A stretch of DNA of 55,472 bases, counting the filler, from Jimgerdemannia flammicorona (lineage: Eukaryota), in the NCBI GenBank assembly GCA_003990765.1. It is 3 parts of 3 records of this genome, joined end to end, with 100 filler letters (N's around TTAATTAATTAA, not from the genome) between each part and the next. Parts side by side here need not be neighbours in the genome. Positions count along the whole stretch, not along the records: positions 18,531 to 36,952 come from RBNJ01002213.1; positions 37,053 to 55,472 come from RBNJ01002214.1; 1 more part is not named here. The stretch is one strand, 5' to 3'. Both the position numbers and the translations under genes were made by a program. Shown piece by piece: positions 35,886 to 49,089 of this stretch (position 1 is its first letter; the number at the start of each line of letters is the position of its first letter). The notes under the pieces were generated by a model. The model made no database searches, was not told the origin of the DNA, and was given only the letters and a program-made list of their open reading frames with translations.

Positions 35886-36601
35886 TTATCTCTTTCTCAG
35901 CTACTACATATATAAGTTATAATATTTTGGTAGGTAACTTTCTGAGTCTATTTTATATAACTTATACTCTCTCTATCTCAGATTAGTTTGTTATATCTAT
36001 TGTAGAGTAGTGAAAGGAAGACAATAGTGATGAGTTACCTTTTTATTAATATTGAATTAGTACTTTCTCTACTATTTTATAGTTTCTGATACCTCTAGCT
36101 ATATCTGGGATATATCTGTTTTGATATAGTACTTTCTTCTTTTTGCTATTATGAGATATCATTTCAGTATATCACAGGCTATATAAAAAGTCAGCTGATC
36201 TTAAGTGTCAAGTATTAGTATAGATTACCTATAAGTCCTTGATATGTATAATGGAGTCCTCTGAGCTTTGGTGAGCTTTCTGGTGAGTGTAGTTCTAGTA
36301 TAGGTGGCTGCTTTTCAGATAGTATCAGAATGAGAGAGGAGGTGGCCATTATAGATAGATAGAAAGAGGAGGAAGAAGGCCCAGCGGGAGCCAAGGGAGC
36401 GAACCCAGAGCCAGTGTCAAAGTGAACGGAAGACATGTGGAAGAGCGTGTATAAGGGGGACGAACAAAGAACGTAACCGAAAATGCATCAGCCATTTATT
36501 GCCATGTAAAAACGCGGTCCTTATATACAAAATACGACGTCCCAAAAGGGAGGACACGCCACAACTCGGGGCAAACCGAATTAGGAACCACATGACCGCC
36601 G

Positions 36602-36952
36602 GAGATAAGCGGAGATAAAGGGGGAGCCAATCCCAGTTGCAGGATAAAAATCACAAACAAACACAAACAAAACAAATCCAAATCGAGATTAAAAAACATC
36701 CTTGCCCCCTCCGGGGTCTCGCGCTCGCTCCGGGGTCTCGGCCTTACTCCGCTCCCCTCCGCTGCCTTCGGCCCCTCGCTTCGCTCGGGCTCGCTGCGGC
36801 TCGCTCCGTTTCGGCCTCACCCCTCGCTCACGCTCACCCCTCCGGGGTCTGCGGATGTTTTTTAATCTCGATTTGGATTTGTTTTGTTTGTGTTTGTTTG
36901 TGATTTTTATCCTGCAACTGGGATTGGCTCCCCTCTTATCTCCGCCTATCTC
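36602..36952. mobile_element. Young foldback/MITE-like element
   Basis: About 100-bp near-perfect inverted arms (36602-36701 and 36853-36952) around a GC-rich GCTCGC/GCTTCG spacer. CpG intact. Right end abuts the gap. Confidence 0.75.
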
Positions 36953-37052
36953 NNNNNNNNNNNNNNNNNNNNNNNNNNNNNNNNNNNNNNNNNNNNTTAA
37001 TTAATTAANNNNNNNNNNNNNNNNNNNNNNNNNNNNNNNNNNNNNNNNNNNN
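36953..37052. other. Artificial contig spacer
   Basis: N-run with TTAATTAATTAA. Confidence 0.97.
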
Positions 37053-38160
37053 GGAATTCCCATTTTGAAGCCTCTCTTAGATGTTACGACGAGATGGAGT
37101 TCTATACATGAAATGTTAGTGCATGCTCTAGAGATTTGTAAGGTAAGATTTTGAATCTATTTGTATAGATTTTGGAATACAATTCAGAAGTATTTTGGTA
37201 CTAAATAAATTGATATTACATCCAAATAGGGCTTGGATATATTGTGTGCTATGGATAAGCAAATGAGCGATATATCTGAAGATGCATGGCAACAATTTGA
37301 ATTGATTTGCCAATTTCTCGAACCTTTTGCCAAAGTGACAACTGTGATGTCAGCTTTGAAGTATCCTATAATAGCGGCTGTTATCCCACTATTTAATCAG
37401 CTATGTGATCACCTCGAAGATGTCATCGATATATATCAAACTAGTGAACATTTTAATCAGGTATATATATGATTTTGAAAGTAATTTTATTTGTGAATTT
37501 AGGAACTAATTTAGTAAGTAATTGGGAAGTAATATGTGTATATTTTTATTTTTTATAGATAATGCTTACCACTGCTGAGAATGCACATACGAAACTTCTA
37601 AAGTATTACTGCAAAATGACACCATTATACAGCATAGCTTTGGCCTTAGATCCACATATCAACATGCATTATTTCTGTCATGAGCAATGGAAAAAATCCT
37701 TAATTGATGAATGGAAGAATCAGATGGAACGTATCTGGGAAAAGGAGTATAAGCCTGTTAATGCTATCATTATATCCTCAATATCTCATGATGCCAATGA
37801 TTTTATCAACTCAATATATGAGAAGAAACAGCGTGTTGATGTGGATGATGAGCTTGAATGGTGGGTGTTGTTTTTATGTTTTTTGATTGGCTTGGTTAAT
37901 TTTCACTCATATTTCTCTGTTTCAGTTATTTATCAGAGAATTCAGCTGATCCTCATATAGATATACTGGATTGGTGGTGGCGAAATCAGTCAGTATATCC
38001 TAATCTTTCACGAATAGCTTGCAATTATCTTGCTATTTCGGCAACATCTGTTCCATCTGAACATATTTTTTCTATTACTGGTGAGCTAGTGACTGAACAT
38101 TGAAACAGCTTGTGTGTAAATACAATTCGTGCATGTATGTGTTTGGATTCTTAGTGGTCT
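37053..38160 (+). pseudogene. hAT transposase C-terminal part, spliced (introns about 37143-37229, 37461-37558, 37861-37925)
   Basis: LDVTTRWSS, FLEPF, KLLKYY, ALDP and dimerization domain ILDWW...YPNLSRIA..YLAISATSVPSEHIFS. Confidence 0.9.
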
Positions 38161-38569
38161 TCAGATATTTTTCACTTTCAATTACTCTGAATATTATCCA
38201 AATATTTTCCGAATCATTTTTTCAGAGCAGAGTTCAGAGGGTCAGGTTCAGGGTCGGATTCAGGGGTCGGGTTCAGGGTCAGGTTTAGGGGTCAGGTTCA
38301 GGTTTGGGTTAAGGGTAAATAATGGGTCGGGTGACATACATTTCCAGGTTGGGTTAAAGATGGGTGACATATTATTCCGGGTCAGGTTAAAGACGGGTGA
38401 CATATAATTCTGGGTCAGGTTAAAGATGGGTGACGTATAATTCCGGGTCAGGTTAAAGACGGGTGACGTATAATTCTGGGTTGGGTTAAAGACAGATGAT
38501 ATCTAATTCCGGGTTGGCTGTTTTATGGGTCGGGTTTCGGGTTAATCAGGTCGGGTTTGCAGAGCACTA
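37053..38569 (+). mobile_element. hAT transposon 3' end, inserted in a Gypsy D LTR
   Basis: Transposase followed by 33-bp subterminal repeats and the GCACTA terminus. Confidence 0.88.
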
Positions 38570-39682
38570 GTTCTAAGATTCCTAAGATTCTTGGTGTTTA
38601 GTAGTATAATAGTTAAAGCTGGATATCTGTGAGTGATTTTCTTATTGGGACATTTTTTGGATATAGCAGTGATTTTGTATGATATGGGTATTTCTTATAA
38701 TCTGGCAATTTGGCAGTTCTTCTTATATAATTTCTGTATAATAATCTCATATAGCACAATGATCTCTATATAGTATAATGAGTTCCTTATATGATTTGGC
38801 AGATAACTTAATTTGGCATGAATTCTTCTGAATTGGGCTCACTGGAAATAAAGAGTAGCACAGATTCTTTCTAAATTAGTGACTCACTGGAAATAGATGA
38901 ATAACTTAGATAGTATGAATAACTTAAATAACTCAGATATTGCAGATTCTTTCTAAATTAGTAGCTCTCTGAGAATATAAATAACTTAAAAATAGTAGAG
39001 AATATGGATTCTTTCTGAATCAGCAGACTTCTTAAATAACTTGGATTCTCTTGACAAAGTTATATTAAGACTAGCTTTATTTGTATAGAGTTATATTAGA
39101 TAGACTAGCTCTACTGTAAAGTTGCATCAACAAACTGGCTTTATGATAAGAGAGATTTCAGGCTTATCTAATAAGTGAACTAAAATATAGTAGACTTCTC
39201 TTAAAAACAGTGGCTTATTTCTTAAGTAGTAAATTACTCAAATAGCAGCAAAGTTCTTCCTTAAACTCAGCAGTTTCTTTAAGCTTATCTGGTAAGTATA
39301 CTAATCAATCTTTATATTAGAAAGTAGACCAGAGTGGAGAAAAGAGACCAATGCTCAATCTTTAGAGACTTTTTTAGTTTACTTCAACTTTTTGGACTAA
39401 GGTATATTCACTCTTATCTCTGGTGTATTTTATACAATTATGATTACTATCTGGTTACTATGTTGCTAACTATAGATTGCTATCTATGGTAAGTATTTTT
39501 GAATAGTACAGTGTACCCACTCAGTATAGTATATCTACTTAATACAGATAAACATACTGTTTCTGATATCTCTGACTAATTATATAGATTGGTACAGTAA
39601 AGCAGTCTTGATTGCTTAGTATACTAGATATGGTATATGGCTAATTTATGAATTTGGTGATACAATTCTATTGTTCATCACA
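38570..39682 (-). repeat. Gypsy D 3' LTR (copy 2), end cut by hAT
   Basis: Direct repeat of about 47340-48471, ending TCATCACA. Confidence 0.88.
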
Positions 39683-42600
39683 TCAGTCTCTACTAAAGGA
39701 TGGTCTGCCCTCAGATAATCCTTTAGTCATCATTCCAATGTATATAAGTATCTTCAATATCAATATCTGAATCAGTATCTTCATTGGGTTCAGAATCACT
39801 CTACTTGACAGGTTCTTCTTCTTCCTCTAGAAACAGTATTTAAATATGGTTGATAATACTCCAATAGGTAGTAGTATTTATGTTTTATATATCATTTAGA
39901 GAGAATTGGGCCTATATCAGTACTGGGATGTTTTGTTTGTAGATTATATATAATCTGTCTATAGCAGTGGTATTTTTCCAGATGAGGCCAGTGAAATTTC
40001 TAATGTAGGTTAGGTCTGCTACTGGAAGGTTCTACAACTGTTCTCCAATTGTATAGTAGGTCTGTAGCTGGTGGATTTGTAGTAAACATCTGGCCAGAGT
40101 GAGGTTCTTCTAATGAATCTGGATTTGCTGAAGGGGGTTTCCATTGGCTTGTTGGAATTATAGAAGGAGAACTGAGAGTGATTGGAATGAACTCAGAACA
40201 AGGGTCTAAAGGCACTGGTCAATTGTCTGGTTCATAATAAGAGAGGTATATCTTGAGATAATTGATGTATACTAGTATCCTAAAAGTTCATTCATCCATA
40301 CTTCTTAAATAGATACTGGTTTCTCTGATATTATATATAAGATAAGGTCCTTCCCATTGAGCTCCAGTTTGATGGCAAAATTATCTCAATCATACTTTTT
40401 CAGACTAGTACTTGATCTCCAATCTTGATCTTCTGATCCTTCTGCTTCTGGTCATAGTACTTCTTTTATCTTTCTTGGGCTTTGATAATCTGAGCTCAGG
40501 CTTGATTACATAACTGTTCTGCCTTCTTAAGGAGGTCTCTGAGATTCTCATGGTCAGCAATTCTGGTTTTCTTAATAAATATCATTTCAGAGGATTTTTG
40601 TTTGGTGGAGATAACAGGGGTGTTTCATATTTCTCATAAGATCTCAAGTAAGCAGAGGTCCTAGTTGGTAGGGTTAACTTGGGCAAATCTCTTTTTGATG
40701 GTTTGGTTCATTCTTTCTGTCATACTATTAGTCTGAGGGTAGTATGATATGGTCTGTTTGAGGTGAATCTTGTGAATTTAGACATAACTTATGATTATAT
40801 TATTAACAAATTCTGTATCTCAGTCAGAGATAAGTTCCTCTAGGGGTCTATATCTGAGTGTGAGTCTATGGAGAAGACCTATAATAGTCAGGGCATCTAC
40901 AATTTCCATTGAAAAAGCCTTGGATCACTTGGTCAGATATTCTACAAATATAAAATATACTTATTTCTTCTTGGTATAACTTGTAGAAGTCTAATTACAT
41001 CTACTCCCCATCTCTGAAAGATGGTCTGATAGTATGATTGATTGTAATAGTGCTTGATGGTTCTTCCTTCCTTGGTACTTCTAGTAGATGTCACATTTCT
41101 TGAGTATGTCCTGGACTTATATTCTGAGGTTGGGCCAATATTAGTATATTGTTTGTAGCTTCTCTTCTATATTTGCCTATCCTTGGTGGACTTTCTGATG
41201 TTCTTTTTGGATGAGGTCTTCTTGTGCTTTAATGATCTGTAGAGCTTCCTTTAGGATGTAGTTCTTTGGTATACCCTTCTTCTGATTCATTGGGGTTGGC
41301 AGGAAAGTATATTAATATTGTTATAGGCTTTCTCTACTTTGTGGATAATAGCAATTTTGTAATCCTGGAGAATAAGGATCCAGTGGGCTAGGATTCTAGT
41401 GGATTCCTTATAGTTAAATAGCTATTTGAGAGCTATATGGTCTGTGATCAGAGTGAACCTTTTTCTGATGAGGTAATGTTTAAACAGAGTAACTGCCCAT
41501 ATGACTGCAAGGTATTCCAATTTAGTACTACTATAGTTCATCTGCTACTGATTGGTAGCTTAGCTTATATAAGCTATTATATAGTACTGTTAGTCAGATC
41601 TTTCCTAGACTAGAACTACTCCAAGGCTATCTTTGGAGGTATCTGTATATAAGATAAATAGCTTCTATAGATTGAAGTAGATAAGAATTAGTACTGTAGT
41701 CATATGGTACTTAAGTTCCTTAAAGGCTAGTTCTTGTGATTTTGTTTATTTGTAAGGCACTTCTTTCTTGAGAAGGATTCAGATTGAGGCAGCAATTTGG
41801 GTGAAGTCCTTGATAAATTTTCTATAGTAGAATATAAGTATTATAAATGATAATATTTCCTTTCAGGTCTTGAGTACTGGCCAATTGTTGATCTTCTCAG
41901 TTTTCTTTAAGTCTGTATAGGTTCCTTTTTTTAAGACTATAAATCTAAGGAATTCAAGTTTCTGTTTCTCAAAGTAGTATTTCTTAGTATTGAGTCTCAG
42001 ATGGTTCTTGTAGGTGAGCTTGATGAATTCTTCTAAATAGTACAGATATTTCTCAAAATTTTCTGAATAGATGTTTGAATTATCTATATATACAATCAGA
42101 CAGTAGAGGATTAGGGGAGCATAGACTGAATTCATCATCCTCTAGAAGGTGGGGGGCATATTGCAAAGTCTAAAGAGAATTCAGAGGTATTTAAATAGTT
42201 TTCCTAAAGTAAGAAAGACTGTCTTTTGAATGTCTTTTGGGTCCATGGAGATCTTATGGAATCTTGTAAAAAGGTCCATACTACTAAAGTATCTAGTATC
42301 TTATAACTGATCCAAGAGGTCATCGATTCTGGACAAAGAATAGATATCTTTTTCAGTAACTGAATTGAGTTTCCTATAGTCTATACAGAGTCTCCATCCT
42401 TCTTTCTTTGGTATAATAAGTATAGGGCTGATCCAGAGACTAGTTGAGGGTCAGATGACTCTATTGTTCAAGAGCTCTTGAATATACTCCTTTTCAAATA
42501 TCTTTAAGTAATAGAGTATTTTATAGGGTTTCTACTAGATGGGTGTTGCATTTTCTGTATTTATACTATAGTGATATGATGGGTTGTATGGCAGATTGTC

Positions 42601-45600
42601 ATAGTCTGTAGTGCAGATATCTTGATATTTATTGAGGAGTTCTACTAGTTGTTGCCATTGCTGGGGTATCAATTCTTCTCCAATGTTAGTGGAAGACTTC
42701 ACTGTCTTCTGGATTACAGAGGGCCCTTTCCTTTCTTCTAGGACTTTTTGCCATTTCCTGATAAGTTTAGTTCATAAATTTCTCTATATGTTCAGTTGAG
42801 AAAAGGCACCAAATGTCCTATGATGGTTCCTTTTGGCAAGATGATGGTTTCCCAACTTTGGTTGGTTGCTTGGAAGTGCACCAGGTTTATCTTATTAGGG
42901 AATGTATATTCTTCTATGTCCAGATTTGAGATATCTTCATTGAGTTTGAAGAAGAGATTTCTGGGATCAGGTGGTATAAAGATTTTGAAAGTGGTTTACT
43001 CTCCAGGCTCCAGGATGAGGTTCTTGTATAGTTTGACTAGTTGGTAGTATACTTGCTAGAGAATATTCCTCTTGAGGTAATTGATCTAAAGGAGATATAT
43101 TTTCTTCTTATCTGAGCTTCCAAATCTTTCAACTTGTCTTATTCCTTTAGTCAGTTTAGAGACTTGTAATTGTGGGGTCTTGACTTTCATAAAGACTGCT
43201 TAAGCAATCTTCTGTCCTCTCATAATTTATGCCATTCTATACTATTATTATATAGAATAATCTTGATTTCATCTATATATTCTGGGTCAATAGTTCCTCC
43301 TTCTACATATAGTTATTCCTTATTTGGCAAATCTGGACCTTAAGGTCAGTTGGATGTAAGATCCTTGAGGTGGCTATATGGCTAGTCTGATTCTGATTAT
43401 TAGTATTCTTTCAGGCTTGATGGATTCATCATCCAGACTGTAAAGGTCATATCCTATATCTTCTTAGTAGACTTTGGTCAGAGATTTGGCTTTGTAGTGC
43501 AGTAGAGCATACTGGGTAATATCTTTGCTGAGTTCAGGCTGTCCTTGGGCTGAGGCTTTACTAGCAGAAAGTCTCCAGGCTTTGAGGTTGAAGTATAGCC
43601 ATCTGGCTCTAGTAGAGAGATCTTAGAGATAGTTGATTTCTCTCTTTCCAGTAGGGTCTAGGGCTTTCATAAAGTTGGTAATATCTTCTATCCATTTTTG
43701 GCAAGTTGTGTATCTGATAAGGACTAAAATGTCTTCTCTCAAATCATAGATCTTAAGAGTCCTTTTTCCTGGCTTCTTGGTCTGGCTTTTTCAGATCTGA
43801 TCTCTATTATCTCCTCTCTTCAAGGTGTGGATCACAAAATCATAATTAAGGTAAATCTTCTGATGTCTGTAGTCTAGACAGTCTGAGTGTCTTCTATGGT
43901 TGCAATATTCTATTGCTTAAAAATACTATTCCCAGTTGTTGATTTCTTATTATCTCAAGAATTAGTATCCATCTTGGTCATAAGTTAGAGAAAGAATGGC
44001 CAAGAGATATACTTCTGTTTGGATAAAGAGATCTTGTCCTCTGAATTGGCTTTGCAACTTGGTAGTAACTTCTTGGAAGATAGTTGACTATGCAACTGTG
44101 GTTGGGGGTTTCAATCTTCAGGGTTTCTGTTTTTCTTATTAGTCCTATAAATAGTACTGATAGCAGTAGTCTCAGGAATAGTGAAAGACTATTTAGTGTG
44201 GGCATCTTCCTAACTAAAAAGCTCTTTCTTAATGTGTTTCTTACTTAGAAATAAGGAAGATTATACTGGGTCCTTCCTCAATACTCCAGGGGTCATTATC
44301 TTTAGGTGGTATCCAGTAAGAGTTATTTCAGAGAATGAGTTCAGAGACCTCTTCTTCTTCAGGTACTTTTTGTTCAGAAGCCTTCTGTTCAGGGATTTCT
44401 TCTTCCTCAGATTTTTTTGACCCCTAATTGCTTATACTTCTGCAGCTTCAGTTGCGAGTATCTCTGGAACATGTCTGTATTTCTTCTTCTTTCTTCTACA
44501 CTTGGGGCAGACTGTTCCAGACAAATTTCATATCCCAATGATCTTGGAGGAGTGCTCAGAGCACTTATATCTCTTGAGGTAGATAGGGCATCCTTTGATT
44601 TCTCCTGCAATAGCTCTAATAGTGATGGAGATAGTATTCTTAGCTCATATATTATCTTCTGGTCTATCATCCACTAGGTTGATTCAGGAATTGAGTCTGG
44701 GATCATTTCTATCTTCAGATTCTTCTTCCTCTTCTGTAGTAGATTCTTCACTACTGATATACTCTTTCTAGATGGTGAACTTCTTCTTCTTTGATTACTT
44801 ATAGCTGATTACCTTAACTCTGTACTTCTTGCCTCAGTAGTCAAACTTGAGTACTTGTTGACTGATATCAACAACTACATTCATTTCTTTCATCCAGTTA
44901 GTGCCAAGGATCATATTATAGGTGACAGCTTCAGTGACAACAGCTTTTGGAATGGAGAACTGAATGTATCTGAGGGAGATAGTGATGTTTTATACTTCTC
45001 TAAGGGGTTGAGTCTGGGCTCCATTTGCTACTATGATGCTGAGATTGGATGGTCCATCAATGGGCCATTAGAGGGTATCTAGGAATCATTTAGTAATGAT
45101 ACAGATAGCTACTCCTATGTCTATGAGGATTTTTGTCTTTTGTTCTCTAATATCTCTATGTAGGTAGATACTAATATATCTCTCAACTACTTAGATAGAA
45201 ATGGAAACTGGTTCTTGCTGTAGGATTGGGACTTGGCCAGTGCTAGATCTAGTGGTCCTCAGCAATTTGTTTCAGACTCCAGCTGATATCAGTTGCAGAA
45301 ACTGTAGAAGATAGACTTCTATCTTAGCTTCTTGAATCTTCTGTCAGACTTCATTATAGATATCTCTAGGCATGGTCTTCAGGGTGTACTTCTTCTTGGG
45401 CTTTGGAGTAGCAGGCTTCTGTTCTTCTTGTTCCATTTCTTTATCCTCTGAGGGCAGTTCATTTGTCTTAGGAACAAAAGGTAAGGGAGTCTGAAGAGAT
45501 ATTTCTACTTGCTCCTCTTCATGTTCTTCATCTTCTTCTTGGATTCTTCTGCTGATATTCCTGAATGGCCTTCCTACAGGTCTCTGTCTCTTCTCTGCTG

Positions 45601-47241
45601 GATAAACTGTCCTTCAGGTAGTAACTTTGGCTGAGTACAAATCTAGGTCACTGTAGTCTTCACTATTGCTTTCTCTTTTAAAGTCTTTGATAGGATAGGC
45701 TTCAGTCTTCTTATACTGGGTTTCATTCCTTCAGTTTGGTGGTTCTGAGTCTCTTCAGTCACTTCTTCTGTTATCATATTCAGTAGCATAGTATCTGAAT
45801 TATCCACAGTAGAAGTATTGGACTTAGGCTCTGTCTCAGATAGAGTATCTTCTTTTTTCTTATTGGTAGTTCCTGTTATCTCTGGGTAGATAACCTTGGC
45901 TTCTTTGTAGTGGGTATCCTCTGTTATCTTGATAACTCCAATTTTTGTACATAGTAAGTTTTTCAATTTGTCTAACCAATTAGTTCAACTTGAAACTGAG
46001 GTCCTGAATTTCACTCCTGTTCTTCTTTTCTTCTTTGGCTGGTCTTCTTTCTTCAGATCTTTCCTGTCCTTGAAGGAGTCCTTGTAGGGCTTTGACCAGG
46101 ATGTCCTCTTTGTCATTCTTCTTATCATAGTCACTCTAGGTGGTTTCTTGTCTGATATCAAAGAATCCTTAGGCTGCATCTACTTGTTTTTCAGACCTTC
46201 TAATGTCTAGAGTATAGATATGCTGGGCAATGTTCAGGGGAATTCCATTTATAAAAGTCATTAGATCTATGATGTCTTGGTTGATACATAGTATTGAACC
46301 CAGCTACATACATTCTCTTCTGGATTCTTGTGAAGAATGCTCTGGACAATTCTCTAAGATTTATCTTTATTTCTATGATAGATTCTTGAGCCTTGTAGTA
46401 GGTTTCATTTCCTATATATTTTTCAATGAGCCAGTAGACCATGGCTATATATTTCAGCTCACAAGATACTGTTACTTATATTTGTGCTATCAGTTCTGAG
46501 TGTGGGTCATTTGCTGTTTGGTAAAAAATTCCTCTAACTGGTTCTCTGAGCTGGGCCTTGTAGATGGTGATTTTTCTTTTATCTGAGAGATTTCTCAGAG
46601 CTGTAATTCTCTCAATTTCATCAAGAAATTCTCTAGGATCTTTCTCTGGATACCTGTGAAGGTTAGCAATGGGTCATTTCATCATCACTTTCTTCTGATT
46701 CTAGTTCTGGTCTGAATTCTGATTTAGATTCTGACTCTGGTTCACTTTCTGAACTATTACTAGAAATAGGGGTACTTGGGTATCTTGAGGATAGTGTTAT
46801 GGACCTTGGACAAAGTAGAATGAGCCTAGGTATTCTTGAAGGAGTTACTTCTAATTCTGTAAGAACTGATAGTAAGGGCTCAATATATGAGATTGGTGGG
46901 ACCTCTCTGGAGTGTCTGGCTGCAGGATACTGGGCATATATAATAAGATCTTCTAGTTCTTATACAAGCTCTTTGAAGTTTCCAATAGGGCCACCTATGC
47001 TGTCTGGTTAATCTGATTGGAGATTTTGAGCTGTACTAATTTCTGATTGAGATCCTTCTAATGCTGAGTAGTTGGCAAGTCTTGAAGTAATTACTTCTCT
47101 TTCTGTCCAAATGCTGGTGATGACTGGTTCTCTTATAGTGGTAGAGATTGATGTTATATCAAATATATCCAGTTTGACTGTGAGTTCTTATGAGCTAAAA
47201 AGTCATGTTGATTTTAAAATCTTCTCAGTTGAGCCCCCAAA

Positions 47242-48471
47242 TGTAATGTACCTAGCTCAATAGAGACAAATTACAAGATTGGGGGTTGATGTAGTTCAGC
47301 TTGAGCCTCCAGTTACTTTGTCAAAAAGTAACAAAATATTCCAAGATTCTTAAGGTCCTTGGTGTTTAGTAGTATAATAGTCAAAGCTAGATATCTGTGA
47401 GCAATTTTCTTATTGAAACAATTCTCTAGATATAGTGGCAATTTTGTATAGTATAAGTATTTCTTATATATGATGGTCTGACAATTTGGCAGTTCTCCTT
47501 ATATGATTTCTGTGTGACAATCTTATGTAGCACAATAATCTCTGTATAGTACAATAGATTCCTTATATAATTTGATAGATAACTTAATTTGGTGTAGATT
47601 CTTCTGAATTGAGCTCACTAGAAATAAAGGATGGTGTAGATTCTTTCTAAATCAGTGGTTTACTGGGAATAGATAAATAACTCAGATGTTGTGGATTCTT
47701 CCTGAATCAGTAACTCTCTGAGAATGTAGATAACTTGAAAATAGTAGAGGATGCAGATTTTTTCTTAATCTGCAGACTTTTTAAATAACTCAGATTCTCT
47801 TGGCAAAGTTATATCAAGACTGGCTTCATTTGTGTAGAGTTATATTGAATGGACTGGCTTTACTATAAAGTTGTATCAATAGACTGACTTTGTAGTAAGG
47901 GAGATTTCAGGCTTATATATTTGGCAAGTGAACCAAATTATGGCAGACTTCTCTTGAAAATAGTAGTTTATTTCTTAAGTGGTGGATTACTCAAATAGTA
48001 GTGAAGTTCTTCCTTGAACTCAGCAATTTCTTCAGACTTATCTAGTAAGTATACCAATCAATCTTTATATTAGAAAGTAGACTGAAGTGGAGAAAAGAGA
48101 CCAATGCTTAATCTTTAGAGACTTCTTTGATTTACTTCAACTTTTTGGACTAAGGTTTATTTACTTTTGTCTCTAGAGTATTTTATATAATTATGGTTGC
48201 TATCTGGTTACTATATTGCTAACTATAGATTACTATCTATAGTAAGTATTCCTGGATGATATAATGTATCTACTCAGTATAGTATACTTACTTGTTACAG
48301 TATACCCACTTGGTATAATATACCTACTTAGTATTGATAAATATACTATTTCTGGTATCTCTAACTAATTATATAGGTCAGTATAGTAAAGCAGTCTTGG
48401 TTACTTAATATACTAGATATAATATATAGCTAATTTATGAATTCAGTAGTATAATTCTGTTACTCATCACA
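47242..48471 (-). repeat. Gypsy D 5' LTR (copy 2)
   Basis: TGTAATG...CATCACA, flanked by the PBS complement GAGCCCCCAAA. Confidence 0.9.
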
Positions 48472-49089
48472 ATATACAAGAACTCCTGAACACTTCCCCA
48501 TAATATCTCTTCTTACAACTACTTCTAGTATAGCAATATTATGAATAAATAAATAAATCTATTTAATAATCCACAAATTACTCTTAAGGAAATCTATACC
48601 TTATTAGATCCTACTCCTAACCATATTATAAAATTTCCTAATTGAGTATTATCTATAGTAATATATCAATTCAACTAAGCTGGTCTTAGTTTCTTAAACT
48701 TCTGGAAATATAGAAAATCCTGAATATCTAAAACTAGTCTGAAAAAGGACTTTGGTTGAGATGTCAATCCAATCTTAAAATCAATAAGTATAGAAGATGT
48801 ACTCTATATGAAATTGATCTTGACCTAAAGAAAACAGTCTTCTAGAATATCCAGACCTTTCAGAAAATCCTTCCAGAACTATGTAATGGTACTTTTATAA
48901 GTAACCCTCTTACAACTTGATAGTAGCAGTTTATAATTTAATTATACTTTAAGACACTTCTTCACTCTACTACAAATCTCTATGAGAATTCTTATAAGTT
49001 AGTATAAAGTCCAACCTCTGAACTGGAATTCATTCTGAACTATCTGATAATCTGGAGAGAATTGAATCTAATATATATGGACAATTTGA
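48472..49089 (+). mobile_element. LTR-B 3' portion (to 48914), PBS and start of internal region
   Basis: Matches 24343-24789, then the reverse complement of about 9785-9958. Confidence 0.87.

Larger units (their letters stand above)
38570..48471 (-). mobile_element. Ty3/Gypsy family D copy 2, near full length (about 10 kb), degenerate
   Basis: 5' LTR 47242-48471, PBS TGGGGGCTC (tRNA-Pro type), gag about 45250-46680, PR (LIDIGVA) about 45130, dUTPase about 43190-43490, RT about 41880-42520, RH about 41290-41700, IN about 40330-41290, 3' LTR 38570-39682. Confidence 0.92.
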
